Shown here one piece after another: positions 37,096 through 46,456 of a stretch of 46,932 nt of DNA (the first letter of the stretch is position 1; the number at the start of each line of letters is the position of its first letter). The stretch is from NCBI GenBank assembly GCA_937900125.1, contig CALCEK010000246.1, forward strand, positions 1-46,932. Direction: 5' to 3'. Made by a program: the position numbers and the translations under genes. Below the pieces are notes generated by a model that made no database searches, had not been told where the DNA came from, and saw only the letters and a list, made by a program, of their open reading frames with translations. Source of the DNA: an uncultured Treponema sp. GTDB lineage: Bacteria; Spirochaetota; Spirochaetia; Treponematales; Treponemataceae.

Positions 37096-39006
37096 CTATC
37101 TTCGATTTTCAAAATAAATGCCCAAAAGTCGCGTTGCCTCGCAAATTTCATTAAGTTCGCCAAGCAAAGTTTCAACTTCTGCCTTTACATTTCCTTGTAA
37201 GCCGCTCAATTCCGCATCTGCGTAAAAACGATAATTCCAAGGTTGCCCTTCCATCGGACGACTTTCCAAACGAATTAAGTTTATTTTATGTTTTTCAAAA
37301 ATCCCCAAAGCTCGGCACAAAGCACCAGGTTCATTTTTTGTCTTAAAAATAAAACTCGCCATATTTGGACTTACATTTACTTCGCGATTTTGCACAAGTT
37401 TTTCTTTAGAGCGAATAACCACAAAACGAGTAAAATTTCCAGGGTCATCTTCAATATCATCAAAAAGCACTTCAAGGTTGTATAGTTTAGCATTTACATT
37501 GCTCGCAATCGCAACATTTGCTTTGTCTGCATTTTGAGAAACGAGTTCTGCGGCTGTTGCGGTTGACACAACTTCTATTTGATTCCAATCGGGGTGTTGC
37601 TCCAAGAATTTTCGGCACTGACCTAAAGCTTGCGGATGCGAATACACCGTGTGAACATCGCTCAAGCTAGAACCTTTTACCGCCAAAAGTGAATGTCGAA
37701 TATTCAAAGTTACAGCCCCAACAATTGTTACATCTTCAAAACGGCTAAAATTATCGTAATTTTGATAAACGCTTCCCGCAAGGGAATTTTCAATCGGAAC
37801 CATTCCATAGTCTGCGCGACCGTCAATCACATCCTGAAAAATATCTGAAAATGATTTTACAGCTCGCGGCTCAACATCGGCAGCGTCAAAATAGCGCGTA
37901 ATCGCCTGTTCTGCATAAGCCCCGCGTTTTCCACTATACGCACAAATAGTTTTTCTTTCCCGAATTTCTTCACGGATATGCGCAACCGATTTTCCCATAA
38001 CGGGAGCTAAGGCTTCTATATCGTGCATCATTTTGTCAAATTGCGCAGGAATCATCGAAGAAACGCCACCAGCTAGGGCTTTTTCGGGATTTGTGTGAAC
38101 GTCAACAATAACGCCATCTGCACCACTAGCAATTGCGGCTAGTGCCATAGGAGAAACGCGGTCGCGACTCTGAATGGCATGGCTTGGGTCTACAAGAATT
38201 GGAAGGTGTGTTAGCGTTCGCAAAACAGGAATCGCCGCTAAATCTAGTGTATTGCGAGTTCCATATTCAAAAGTACGGATTCCTCGCTCGCACAAAATAA
38301 CATTTTCAGCTCCAGAAGCCAAAAGATATTCGGCTGACATAAGGAATTCTTCCAAAGTTGCAGTGTATGCGCGTTTTAAAATGACTGGCTTTTTTGCACC
38401 GCCAACTTTTTTAAGTAAGTCAAAATCCTGCATTGTTCGCGAACCGATTTGAATCACATCGGCATATTCGCTAACAAGTGGCAAAACTTCTGGCGACATA
38501 ATTTCTGTTACAATCGGAAGCCCAAACTCATCGCCTGCCTCGCGCAAATACAAAAGTGCCTGCTCGCCCAAGCCCTGAAAACTGTACGGCGAAGACCTAA
38601 GCCACGCTCGCGAACGCAACATAACCGCACCGCTTTCGGCAACCGCTTTTGCACAGGCTAAGATTTGTTCTCTGCTTTCTACAGCGCACGGACCTGCAAT
38701 AGAAACCAAGCGTTGTCCGCCAACCCGTATAACTTGCCCGCGCCGATTTGGGATTTCTACGATTGTGTCCTCGCGCTTAAATTCTCGGCTTGCCATTTTG
38801 TAAGGTTTTGAAATGGGAATGATGCGACTAACGCCAGGCAAAGCTTCTAATTCGCGAATTTCAATTGAAGAACTTCCAACGGCAGCAAGCAAAATTGTGT
38901 CCTCATCGCCAACAATTTCATTCAATTTAAAATTATGACGATTTAAGACTGATTTAAGCTCTTCTTTATCGCGTTCTGAAATATCTTTTTTTAGGATAAT
39001 TACCAT
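37096..39006 (-). CDS. Fusion of a type I-beta DAHP synthase-like domain (degenerate active site) and prephenate dehydratase
   Basis: IAGPCAVES, SPYSFQG, LCERGIRTFE, DPSH, then PDT motifs PIENS, SHPQAL.QC, NFTRF and ACT-domain ESRP. Confidence 0.92.
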   Translation of the reverse strand: MVIILKKDISERDKEELKSVLNRHNFKLNEIVGDEDTILLAAVGSSSIEIRELEALPGVSRIIPISKPYKMASREFKREDTIVEIPNRRGQVIRVGGQRLVSIAGPCAVESREQILACAKAVAESGAVMLRSRAWLRSSPYSFQGLGEQALLYLREAGDEFGLPIVTEIMSPEVLPLVSEYADVIQIGSRTMQDFDLLKKVGGAKKPVILKRAYTATLEEFLMSAEYLLASGAENVILCERGIRTFEYGTRNTLDLAAIPVLRTLTHLPILVDPSHAIQSRDRVSPMALAAIASGADGVIVDVHTNPEKALAGGVSSMIPAQFDKMMHDIEALAPVMGKSVAHIREEIRERKTICAYSGKRGAYAEQAITRYFDAADVEPRAVKSFSDIFQDVIDGRADYGMVPIENSLAGSVYQNYDNFSRFEDVTIVGAVTLNIRHSLLAVKGSSLSDVHTVYSHPQALGQCRKFLEQHPDWNQIEVVSTATAAELVSQNADKANVAIASNVNAKLYNLEVLFDDIEDDPGNFTRFVVIRSKEKLVQNREVNVSPNMASFIFKTKNEPGALCRALGIFEKHKINLIRLESRPMEGQPWNYRFYADAELSGLQGNVKAEVETLLGELNEICEATRLLGIYFENRR

Positions 39007-39015
39007 CTTTTTTCC

Positions 39016-41511
39016 CTACTTAGAAGTCAAATTCCAGCTAACAGTGCGCAAAATATCGCCAAAAACGCCCGCAGCCGTAACACCAGCTCCAGCTCCGTAA
39101 CCGCGAACAGTCAGCGGAATGGGCGTATAACGCGCAGTTGTAAACACAAAGGCATTTTCTCCACCTTTAACCCCATAAAGCGGGTCGTCCTCGCCAACTT
39201 CAAGCGAGCCAACGCTCACAATGCCGTCTTTTATGCTTGCGCCCATTCGTAAAACTTTTTTTTGCGCCTTAAGATTTTGCATTTTCTTTGCAAAATAATC
39301 GTCCAACTCAGGAAGCCGCGCAAGAAATTCTTCGGGGCTGCCTTCAAGCGAAAATCCTTCTGGAAAGATTGAATTCATCTTAATATCTTCAAGCTCAATT
39401 TCCATCCCAGCTTCGCGAGCAATAATTAGGGCTTTGCGGGCAACATCCGTGCCTTTTAAATCATCGCGTGGGTCTGGTTCAGTGTAGCGCAACTTTTTTG
39501 CGTCCAAAACGGCTTCGCTGAACTTTGCGCCATCGTCTAAGCGACCAAAAATGTAACTTAAAGAACCGCTCATAATTCCGTTAAACGCAGTTAGGCGGTC
39601 GCCCGACTTAAACAAATTTTGCAAAGTGTCAATAATCGGAAGCCCCGCACCAACATTTGTTTCGTACAAAAAGCGCACGTGCATATCATTTGCCGTAGAA
39701 CGCAAGCGGTGATAAAATTCCATACTCATAGAATTTGCGCGTTTGTTTGGAGTTGCAATATTCATTCCCGTTTTTAAAATGTCAATATAGCGTTCGGGGA
39801 GGTCGTAACTTGCGGTACAGTCTACAAATATCGGGTTTAGCGGTTTTGTTTCCCGCACAAATTCAAGAATTTTGTCGAGATTTGTTTTTTCACCATGAGC
39901 TTTGACTTGTTCGCGCCAAGATGACAAATCGATTCCCTCAGAATTAAAAATCATTCCGTCAATATTTGCGATTGCCATAACGCGAATGTCAATTCCTTGC
40001 GTCAAAAGTGATTTTTGCTGTTCGCCGATTTGGTCTAAAAGCGTTCCGCCGATTGTTCCCGCACCAAACGCATACACCTGAATTGATTGCGCAGTATTAA
40101 AGAAGAATTTGTGAACAATTCGCACCGCAGTGTCGCCATCAGAAGCCTTAATTACAGCTGAAATTGAACGTTCCGAAGAACCTTGCGCGATTGCCAAAAC
40201 ATTTATGTCACGAGTTGCGAGTGAATCGAAGAATGTTCCAGCAACACCGCGTTTTTGCTTCATAGCGTCGCCGATTATGGAAACAATTGCACAATCATTG
40301 TGAACTTCTATGGGGTTTACAAGACCGCTTTTTATTTCAAGGGCAAATTCAGAACGCAAAATATCTTGAATTTGCGCAGAATAGGCAGAGCGAACACAAA
40401 AAGACAGGGTGTATTCCGAAGAAGATTGCGTTATAAGTAGAATTGAGATTCCCGCGTTTCCTGCAACAGAAAAAATGCGAGCTGCCATTCCTTTTCTTCC
40501 TTTCATTCCAGAGCCAGACACGCTAATCATAGCGCAATCTTTTAGGCAAGAAATACCACGAACAGGACCAGAAGGAGCATTTGTAAAATCCACACCCGAA
40601 TGTCCTATGCAAGTTCCCCGTGCGGAAGGATTTTGACTATTTAAGCTCCAAGCTTCAATATTTTTGGCAGCCAATGGTGCGAGTGTTTTTGGGTGCAATA
40701 CTTTGCTTCCAAAAAAGGAAAGTTCCATTGCTTCTTCATAACTCATCGATTCGACTAAAATGGCATCTTTTACAACGCGCGGGTCGGCTGTGTAGATTCC
40801 GTCCACATCAGTCCAGAATTCAACTTTTTTTGCTTCTAACGATGCGCCAACAATTGCTGCGGAAAAATCAGAACCATTTCTTCCCAAAAGTCCCATAACA
40901 GTTTTTCCTTCGGGATTTTTGCTCCAAGAACAAATAAAACCTGGAAAAAGCAAAATGCGGGCTGAACCGTCGTCCTCTTTGTACGGAGCAAAGGCTTTAG
41001 CTGAACGTGCATAATCGGGGTCGCCTTCTTTTTGGTCGCCCGTTGTAAAAATAAATGAACGGCTATCTAAAAGCAAAACACTCTGATTTTTTGCAAGCAA
41101 AAGCGATTCAACTATGGGCGCACACAAAAGTTCCCCCATTCCCATAATTCTACAGTGAACTCCCGTAGGACATTCGCCAAAAGAAGAAACGCCATTCAAA
41201 AGTTTTTCTAATTCCAAAAAAAGTGGCTCTAATTTTTTTTCAACAGAATCCGAATCAAAAGCTGGTTCTGCCTTTTTTATTTCCTGAATGATTTCTTTGT
41301 GCGTTGCCCTAAGCGATTGAACATATTGTTCAGCCTGACCGCCCAAAACGCAAGAATCAAGGGCAGCTTGTAAGCGGTTAGAAACACCAGCTACAGCACT
41401 TACCACAACTGAAATGCGGTCAGTTTTAGCGCGTTCAATCATTATGTTCGCGCTATCCAAGATTCGACGGGCAGAACCCATACTTGTTCCGCCGAATTTT
41501 AGTGTAAGCAT
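39016..41511 (-). CDS. thrA: Bifunctional aspartate kinase/homoserine dehydrogenase I
   Basis: KFGGTS, GRNGSD, TDVDG, two ACT domains, GAGTIG, YETNVGAGLP, EPDPRDDL, GYGAG..VTA. Confidence 0.97.
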   Translation of the reverse strand: MLTLKFGGTSMGSARRILDSANIMIERAKTDRISVVVSAVAGVSNRLQAALDSCVLGGQAEQYVQSLRATHKEIIQEIKKAEPAFDSDSVEKKLEPLFLELEKLLNGVSSFGECPTGVHCRIMGMGELLCAPIVESLLLAKNQSVLLLDSRSFIFTTGDQKEGDPDYARSAKAFAPYKEDDGSARILLFPGFICSWSKNPEGKTVMGLLGRNGSDFSAAIVGASLEAKKVEFWTDVDGIYTADPRVVKDAILVESMSYEEAMELSFFGSKVLHPKTLAPLAAKNIEAWSLNSQNPSARGTCIGHSGVDFTNAPSGPVRGISCLKDCAMISVSGSGMKGRKGMAARIFSVAGNAGISILLITQSSSEYTLSFCVRSAYSAQIQDILRSEFALEIKSGLVNPIEVHNDCAIVSIIGDAMKQKRGVAGTFFDSLATRDINVLAIAQGSSERSISAVIKASDGDTAVRIVHKFFFNTAQSIQVYAFGAGTIGGTLLDQIGEQQKSLLTQGIDIRVMAIANIDGMIFNSEGIDLSSWREQVKAHGEKTNLDKILEFVRETKPLNPIFVDCTASYDLPERYIDILKTGMNIATPNKRANSMSMEFYHRLRSTANDMHVRFLYETNVGAGLPIIDTLQNLFKSGDRLTAFNGIMSGSLSYIFGRLDDGAKFSEAVLDAKKLRYTEPDPRDDLKGTDVARKALIIAREAGMEIELEDIKMNSIFPEGFSLEGSPEEFLARLPELDDYFAKKMQNLKAQKKVLRMGASIKDGIVSVGSLEVGEDDPLYGVKGGENAFVFTTARYTPIPLTVRGYGAGAGVTAAGVFGDILRTVSWNLTSK

Positions 41512-41653
41512 AAAAATCCTCTATAATTTGTAAAAGTTTGCCTAACTCATTCTACATTTTTTATTGTCTTTTGTGAAGATAGGAAAAAACTTGTTAAACG
41601 AGGTCGCGTTTTGTTCGATAATTGAAACGATTCAAATTCAAAGGGAGAATTTC

Positions 41654-42505
41654 ATGAGAAACCTTAAAACAACCTTAATTATGGGGGGGGTATTGGCTTT
41701 AGCCTTGCTTCCATTTGTTTCTTGTTCGGACACAAGAGAGGACGATAGCCTTGTAGTAACAATCACAAGCACTGGTGACACCAAAAAAACCGTTACGATG
41801 GCGGTAACAGACTCTTCTTACGATGGAGAAGAAGTTCACATTGTTTACACAACAGATGGTTCTGAGCCAACTGTAAAATACGATGCAGAAGCAGAAGAAA
41901 CTTACTACGTTGACTATGGAACGGCAGCCGTTTACACAGAAGCCCTCACTTTTGATTCTGACACAGTGATTAACGCAAAAGCCTTTTACATCAAAAATGA
42001 AAAAGCATACGTTGGTCCACTTGCAACAGCCGAGTTGACTTTTGAGGTTTCCTCTACAACCGAAGATGCCCCAGCTAATGAATACGGGACTTTGACCTTT
42101 AAGCTTGCAAGTTCAGGAAACTCTTTGCAAACACATTATTTTGACACTTCCGATAAAACTTTTACCTATAACAGCACAGAGCATTGCTACTACCAATTCC
42201 TATTTTCTTACAAAGGAAGTAGTAAAGGAAACTGGTATTTGTTTGTACGCCAGCTAGGAGCTTCAAATCCAGTAGTAGTAGATGGGCAAACTAACAAATA
42301 TCTTGCAAAAGGAACATTTACAGGTGCGTGCTTTAACGATTACCAAAAAGGAAAAGTTGCAAACGGAGAATTGACGCTCTTAACTGATAAAGGAAATGCT
42401 TTTGGTGATACAGCTACAATGACAGGAGCTCCAGACACGCCAACATTTACGTTTGAAATTCAACCAGAAACAAGAAGCACCGCTGTAAGCGACACAGAAA
42501 AATAA
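41654..42505 (+). CDS. Lipoprotein with a CHB_HEX_C/Fn3-associated-like domain
   Basis: Lipobox FVSC; IVYTTDGSEP...YT.ALTF...TVINAKAF; AGGGAG RBS before the ATG at 41654. Confidence 0.8.
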   Translation: MRNLKTTLIMGGVLALALLPFVSCSDTREDDSLVVTITSTGDTKKTVTMAVTDSSYDGEEVHIVYTTDGSEPTVKYDAEAEETYYVDYGTAAVYTEALTFDSDTVINAKAFYIKNEKAYVGPLATAELTFEVSSTTEDAPANEYGTLTFKLASSGNSLQTHYFDTSDKTFTYNSTEHCYYQFLFSYKGSSKGNWYLFVRQLGASNPVVVDGQTNKYLAKGTFTGACFNDYQKGKVANGELTLLTDKGNAFGDTATMTGAPDTPTFTFEIQPETRSTAVSDTEK

Positions 42506-42512
42506 GTTACGC

Positions 42513-42538
42513 AAAAAAAAGCCCCCGTTAAAGGGGCT
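42513..42538. terminator. Intrinsic terminator between the convergent lipoprotein and GH27 genes
   Basis: A-run, then AGCCCC-cgttaaa-GGGGCT. Confidence 0.65.
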
Positions 42539-42581
42539 ATGTAAAAGGTCAAATAGCGTTGTCGCGGGGCAATCCCAAATT

Positions 42582-42757
42582 TGTGTGTCATTACAATAGC
42601 ACGGGAAGTGCTTGCATAGTGGCACGGTGTGTGTCATTACAATGACGCGGAGTCCGCCACTATAATGGCGATTGTTCCGTCATTACAATAGCGCAACGTC
42701 CGCCACTATGCTGACGGGAAGTCTTGGCAACGCCTAGCAACGCCTGGCAACCGCCTG
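42582..42757. repeat. Degenerate 23/46-bp periodic palindrome array plus a 10-bp tandem triplet
   Basis: GTCATTACAAT at 42587, 42633 and 42679; GCCACTAT at 42656 and 42702; GCAACGCCTR-like units three times at 42727-42757. Confidence 0.8.
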
Positions 42758-42792
42758 TCGCTCAACATTACGCGGGGGCGGCTCTAAGCCTA

Positions 42793-44130
42793 CTACCTTA
42801 AGCGCAAAAGGGCAGCTCCGTGAGATTTTACGGGAAAGTTTAATTCTGCGTTTCCTTGTAAAGGAAATAAATCTTTTTGTTCCCAAAGGTCGCGGACGGA
42901 ATAAGTTTTGTCTTTTGAAATTCCTTTTATCTCAGAAAGAGAAATAAAAACGTCAGCGTCTTTTGAAGAAAGATTAAAAAGTGCTATAAAAATGTCTTGT
43001 CCGCGAGCGGGGCAGCCGTTACCATAACTTACCCAAACCGCTTGATTTTCATCGCGCATAACTGGTTCTGGGTTGTGTCCATTTTTGTTTACGTTGAGGA
43101 CTTCGACGTTTGTAATTAAAGCAAGGCTTTCTTTATCAAGACTGGTTAATTCTGTACCAAGCATCAAAGGACTGCGGAAAATGCACCACAGTGTAAACAT
43201 AGTCCGTTCTTCTTGGCGCGAAAAATGCGTCTTTCGCAAAGAACCAAAACCCCATCCTAAATTACAAAGAGGAATCATATCGCAATCTGGCCAAGAACCC
43301 GCGCCAACATTCTTGTGCCAAACTTCGCACCGCTCAAACATCGCCTTAAGAAGCTCCCAGTCGTCCCAAAAATCGTCCGTAATGCGCCACATATTTGCAA
43401 AACTGCGCAAATGCCACGCCTTTTCAATCACCGCAGGACCTGGACTGAGCGACAAAACCATATTTCGCCCCGAATGGTCAATCGCATTTGCAATCAACTC
43501 AATTTCTTTTTGGGCTGAATAGGGATTTTGCGGATACATATTTGTGTTACAAATGTCGTCCACCTTAACAAAATCAACGCCCCACTCCGCATAAAGTTCA
43601 AAAAGGCTGTCGTAATATTCTTGTGCGCCAGGCTTAGAAGCGTCCACGCCGTACATATCGCCATTCCAACGGCTTATGCTAAACGGGTCGGCAATTTTGT
43701 CGGCAGTAAGTGCGGGGCCTTTTATGGCAGAATGATTTTGTGCGGCGATTCTGGGGATTCCACGCATAATGTGGATTCCAAATTTTAAATTTAGGGAATG
43801 AATGTAATCGGCAAGCGGCTTAAATCCTAATCCTCCGCGAGAAGATGGAAAACGATTTGGCGCAGGGATTTGACGCGAAAATTCGTCTAAACACAATTTT
43901 GTAAACGGAACATATTGCGTGTGCGGATTAAGAGTTCCTGCGTTCGGGTCTGCCCACTGAATGTCCACCACAACATATTTCCAACCAAAACTACGCAAAT
44001 TTTTTGCCATAAAATCAGCGTTTGCACGGATTTGCTCTTCGTTTACCATAGTATTGTAAAAATCGTAAGAATTCCACCCCATCGGCGGAACAGGAGCTAT
44101 TTTTTGGAGCTTTTCACTTTTACTTTGCAT
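42793..44130 (-). CDS. Glycoside hydrolase family 27, cytoplasmic (beta-L-arabinopyranosidase/alpha-galactosidase)
   Basis: PPMGWNS, VVDIQW, GVDFVKVDD, MWRITDDFWD, WPDCDM, C-terminal beta domain VRDLW. Confidence 0.93.
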   Translation of the reverse strand: MQSKSEKLQKIAPVPPMGWNSYDFYNTMVNEEQIRANADFMAKNLRSFGWKYVVVDIQWADPNAGTLNPHTQYVPFTKLCLDEFSRQIPAPNRFPSSRGGLGFKPLADYIHSLNLKFGIHIMRGIPRIAAQNHSAIKGPALTADKIADPFSISRWNGDMYGVDASKPGAQEYYDSLFELYAEWGVDFVKVDDICNTNMYPQNPYSAQKEIELIANAIDHSGRNMVLSLSPGPAVIEKAWHLRSFANMWRITDDFWDDWELLKAMFERCEVWHKNVGAGSWPDCDMIPLCNLGWGFGSLRKTHFSRQEERTMFTLWCIFRSPLMLGTELTSLDKESLALITNVEVLNVNKNGHNPEPVMRDENQAVWVSYGNGCPARGQDIFIALFNLSSKDADVFISLSEIKGISKDKTYSVRDLWEQKDLFPLQGNAELNFPVKSHGAALLRLR

Positions 44131-44179
44131 AAAACCTTCCTTTTTTTTCTATTCTAACCGCAAATTTTGCCCAATGCAA

Positions 44180-44324
44180 TAGACCTGTTCGGAAACCATG
44201 TTTCCGCTCAGGTCAACGAGTTTAAAACCGCTAAAATAGCGCGGTTTTAAACATCGCCTTTCAAAGTAACCTGTTCTGAAACTGTTTTGGCACGCAGTTT
44301 CTAGCCAGTTTCCGAACAGGTTTA
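44180..44324. mobile_element. MITE-like nested palindromic element
   Basis: Terminal inverted repeats TAGACCTGTTCGGAAAC / GTTTCCGAACAGGTTTA (one mismatch), three internal hairpins, no ORF. Confidence 0.6.
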
Positions 44325-44345
44325 ATAGATGTAAAAAAAATGCGC

Positions 44346-44389
44346 GGATTCTTCGTAGGCAAAGCCCTATCGCTCAAAATAACGGGCAA
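44346..44389. repeat. Degenerate REP-like element GGATTCTTCG...CGCTCAAAATAAC
   Basis: Same head and tail as the 23324 copy. Confidence 0.5.
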
Positions 44390-44465
44390 GTTTTTTAGGC
44401 AAGGGGGGAATCTTTTCTTTAAAAATCAAAAAAATCGTAGTATACTAAGTTTATAGGAGAAAATA

Positions 44466-44843
44466 ATGGCTATACAGTTTTTTATCTGTACAAAATGCAA
44501 AAAAATCGTAGAAGTTTTGCAAAGTTCAAGTTGCCAAACTTTATGTTGCGGTCAAGAAATGAAAGAATTAAAAGCTAACACTAGTGATGGCGCACAAGAA
44601 AAACACGTTCCTGTTGTAGAAATCAATGGAGATGCTGTACACGTAAAAGTCGGGAGCGTAGCACACCCAATGGAAGCTGACCATTGGATTCAATGGATTG
44701 CGCTAGAAACGTCCCGCGGAGTGCAAAAAGTAAATCTTGCACCCCAAGAAAAACCAGAAGCCGACTTTTTGCTAAATGGCGCAAAACCGCTTGTCGCTTA
44801 CGAATATTGCAACAAACATGGTCTTTGGAAAGCCGAACTCTAG
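44466..44843 (+). CDS. dfx: Desulfoferrodoxin (class I superoxide reductase)
   Basis: CTKC...CCG centre I; EKHVP, HPM, HWI and CNKHG centre II. Confidence 0.95.
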   Translation: MAIQFFICTKCKKIVEVLQSSSCQTLCCGQEMKELKANTSDGAQEKHVPVVEINGDAVHVKVGSVAHPMEADHWIQWIALETSRGVQKVNLAPQEKPEADFLLNGAKPLVAYEYCNKHGLWKAEL

Positions 44844-46456
44844 TTTTTACGGCATTCCTTGTTTTTAATAGAAGCGGCAATAAAATCCCTAAAAAGCGGA
44901 CCTGCTTTGTTAGGTCTACTTTTAAATTCGGGGTGAAATTGTCCGCCGACCATCCAAGTGTGCTTTGGAATTTCAACCATTTCTACAAGATTGCGTTCCA
45001 TATTCACGCCAGCAATAACAAGCCCCGCATTTTCCAAATCTTTTCGGTAAAGATTGTTAAATTCGTAGCGGTGGCGATGACGTTCCCAAATAATATCCGC
45101 ATTGTAGGCTTTTTTAGAAAGTGTTCCGTCTAAAAGCGTACACTCAAATTTACCGAGTCGCAACGTTCCCCCCAAAATTTTTCCGTTTTGGTCGGGCATT
45201 AAATCTATAACAGGGTGATTTGTGTTTGGGTCGATTTCCGTTGAATGAGCGTCTGTCCAGCCTAAAACATTCCGCGCATATTCAATTACAATAATTTGCA
45301 TTCCCAAACAAATTCCAAAATACGGAACATTGTTTGTCCGAGCATATTTTGCAGCCCGAATCATTCCTTCAATTCCGCGACTTCCAAATCCGCCCGGAAC
45401 AATAATTCCGTCTACGCCAGAAAGCATTTTTTTTGTTACTTCATCATCGCTCAATATTTCACTGTCAATCCAAGCAATGTTAACCGAAGCCTCGTTTGCA
45501 ATTCCACCGTGCGTAAGACTTTCTACAACAGAAAGATACGCATCGTGCAACTCAATGTATTTTCCGACAAGGGCAATAGTTACGCTTGTTTTGGGATTTT
45601 CAAAAACAGTAACCATTTTGCGCCACTCGGTCAATTCAGAAGCGCGATTTTCAAGATGGAGCGTTTTGCACACGGCATCGCCCAAGCCCTCGTCTTCCAT
45701 AATAAGCGGGACTTCGTAAATTGATTTTGCAGTTCGATTTTGAATAACACAATCGGTGTCAACATTACAAAATTGCGCTAATTTTTCGCGAGTTGCCTCG
45801 TCCAAAGGAACTTCGGTGCGGAGCATTAAAATGTCAGGCTGAATTCCCAATTCCTGAAGCTCTTTTACGGAATGTTGGGTCGGTTTTGTTTTTATCTCAT
45901 TCGCTTTTTCAAGGAAGGGAATCAAAGTTAGGTGAATGTAACAACAATTTTCTTCGCCCACTTTGTATTTCATTTGCCGAATCGCCTCAATAAATGGAAG
46001 GGATTCTATGTCGCCAACCGTGCCACCAATTTCCGTTATTATAACATCCGCGTGGGTTTCCTCAGTTGAAAGCAACATTCTGCGCAAAATCTCATCGGTA
46101 ACATTCGGAATCACCTGAACAGTGCCACCATGATATTTTCCCTCGCGCTCATTTTTTAAAACGGTTTCGTAAACGCGCCCCGATGTTGTGTTATTGCTCT
46201 GAGAAAGCGTAGCGTCCGTAAAACGCTCGTAATGCCCAAGGTCAAGGTCAGTTTCCGCGCCGTCATCGGTAACAAAAACTTCTCCATGCTGAAAAGGATT
46301 CATCGTTCCAGGGTCAATGTTTAGGTAAGGGTCAAATTTTTGGTTTACAACAGAAAGATTGCGACTTTTTAAAATCAAGCCAATCGAAGCCGCCGCAATT
46401 CCCTTTCCAAGTCCGCTCACAACGCCACCAGTAATAAAAATATATTTTGTTGCCAT
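44840..46456 (-). CDS. pyrG: CTP synthase
   Basis: TKYIFITGGVVSGLGKG, KTKPTQHSV, GICLGMQ, ERHRHRYE, FHPEF. Start at the ATG at 46456. Confidence 0.99.
   Translation of the reverse strand: MATKYIFITGGVVSGLGKGIAAASIGLILKSRNLSVVNQKFDPYLNIDPGTMNPFQHGEVFVTDDGAETDLDLGHYERFTDATLSQSNNTTSGRVYETVLKNEREGKYHGGTVQVIPNVTDEILRRMLLSTEETHADVIITEIGGTVGDIESLPFIEAIRQMKYKVGEENCCYIHLTLIPFLEKANEIKTKPTQHSVKELQELGIQPDILMLRTEVPLDEATREKLAQFCNVDTDCVIQNRTAKSIYEVPLIMEDEGLGDAVCKTLHLENRASELTEWRKMVTVFENPKTSVTIALVGKYIELHDAYLSVVESLTHGGIANEASVNIAWIDSEILSDDEVTKKMLSGVDGIIVPGGFGSRGIEGMIRAAKYARTNNVPYFGICLGMQIIVIEYARNVLGWTDAHSTEIDPNTNHPVIDLMPDQNGKILGGTLRLGKFECTLLDGTLSKKAYNADIIWERHRHRYEFNNLYRKDLENAGLVIAGVNMERNLVEMVEIPKHTWMVGGQFHPEFKSRPNKAGPLFRDFIAASIKNKECRKN

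Noticed and set aside
42582..42757. CRISPR mini-array
   Set aside because: The conserved part is only 11-16 bp, the intervening sequences resemble each other, the period is too short, and there are no cas genes in the window.
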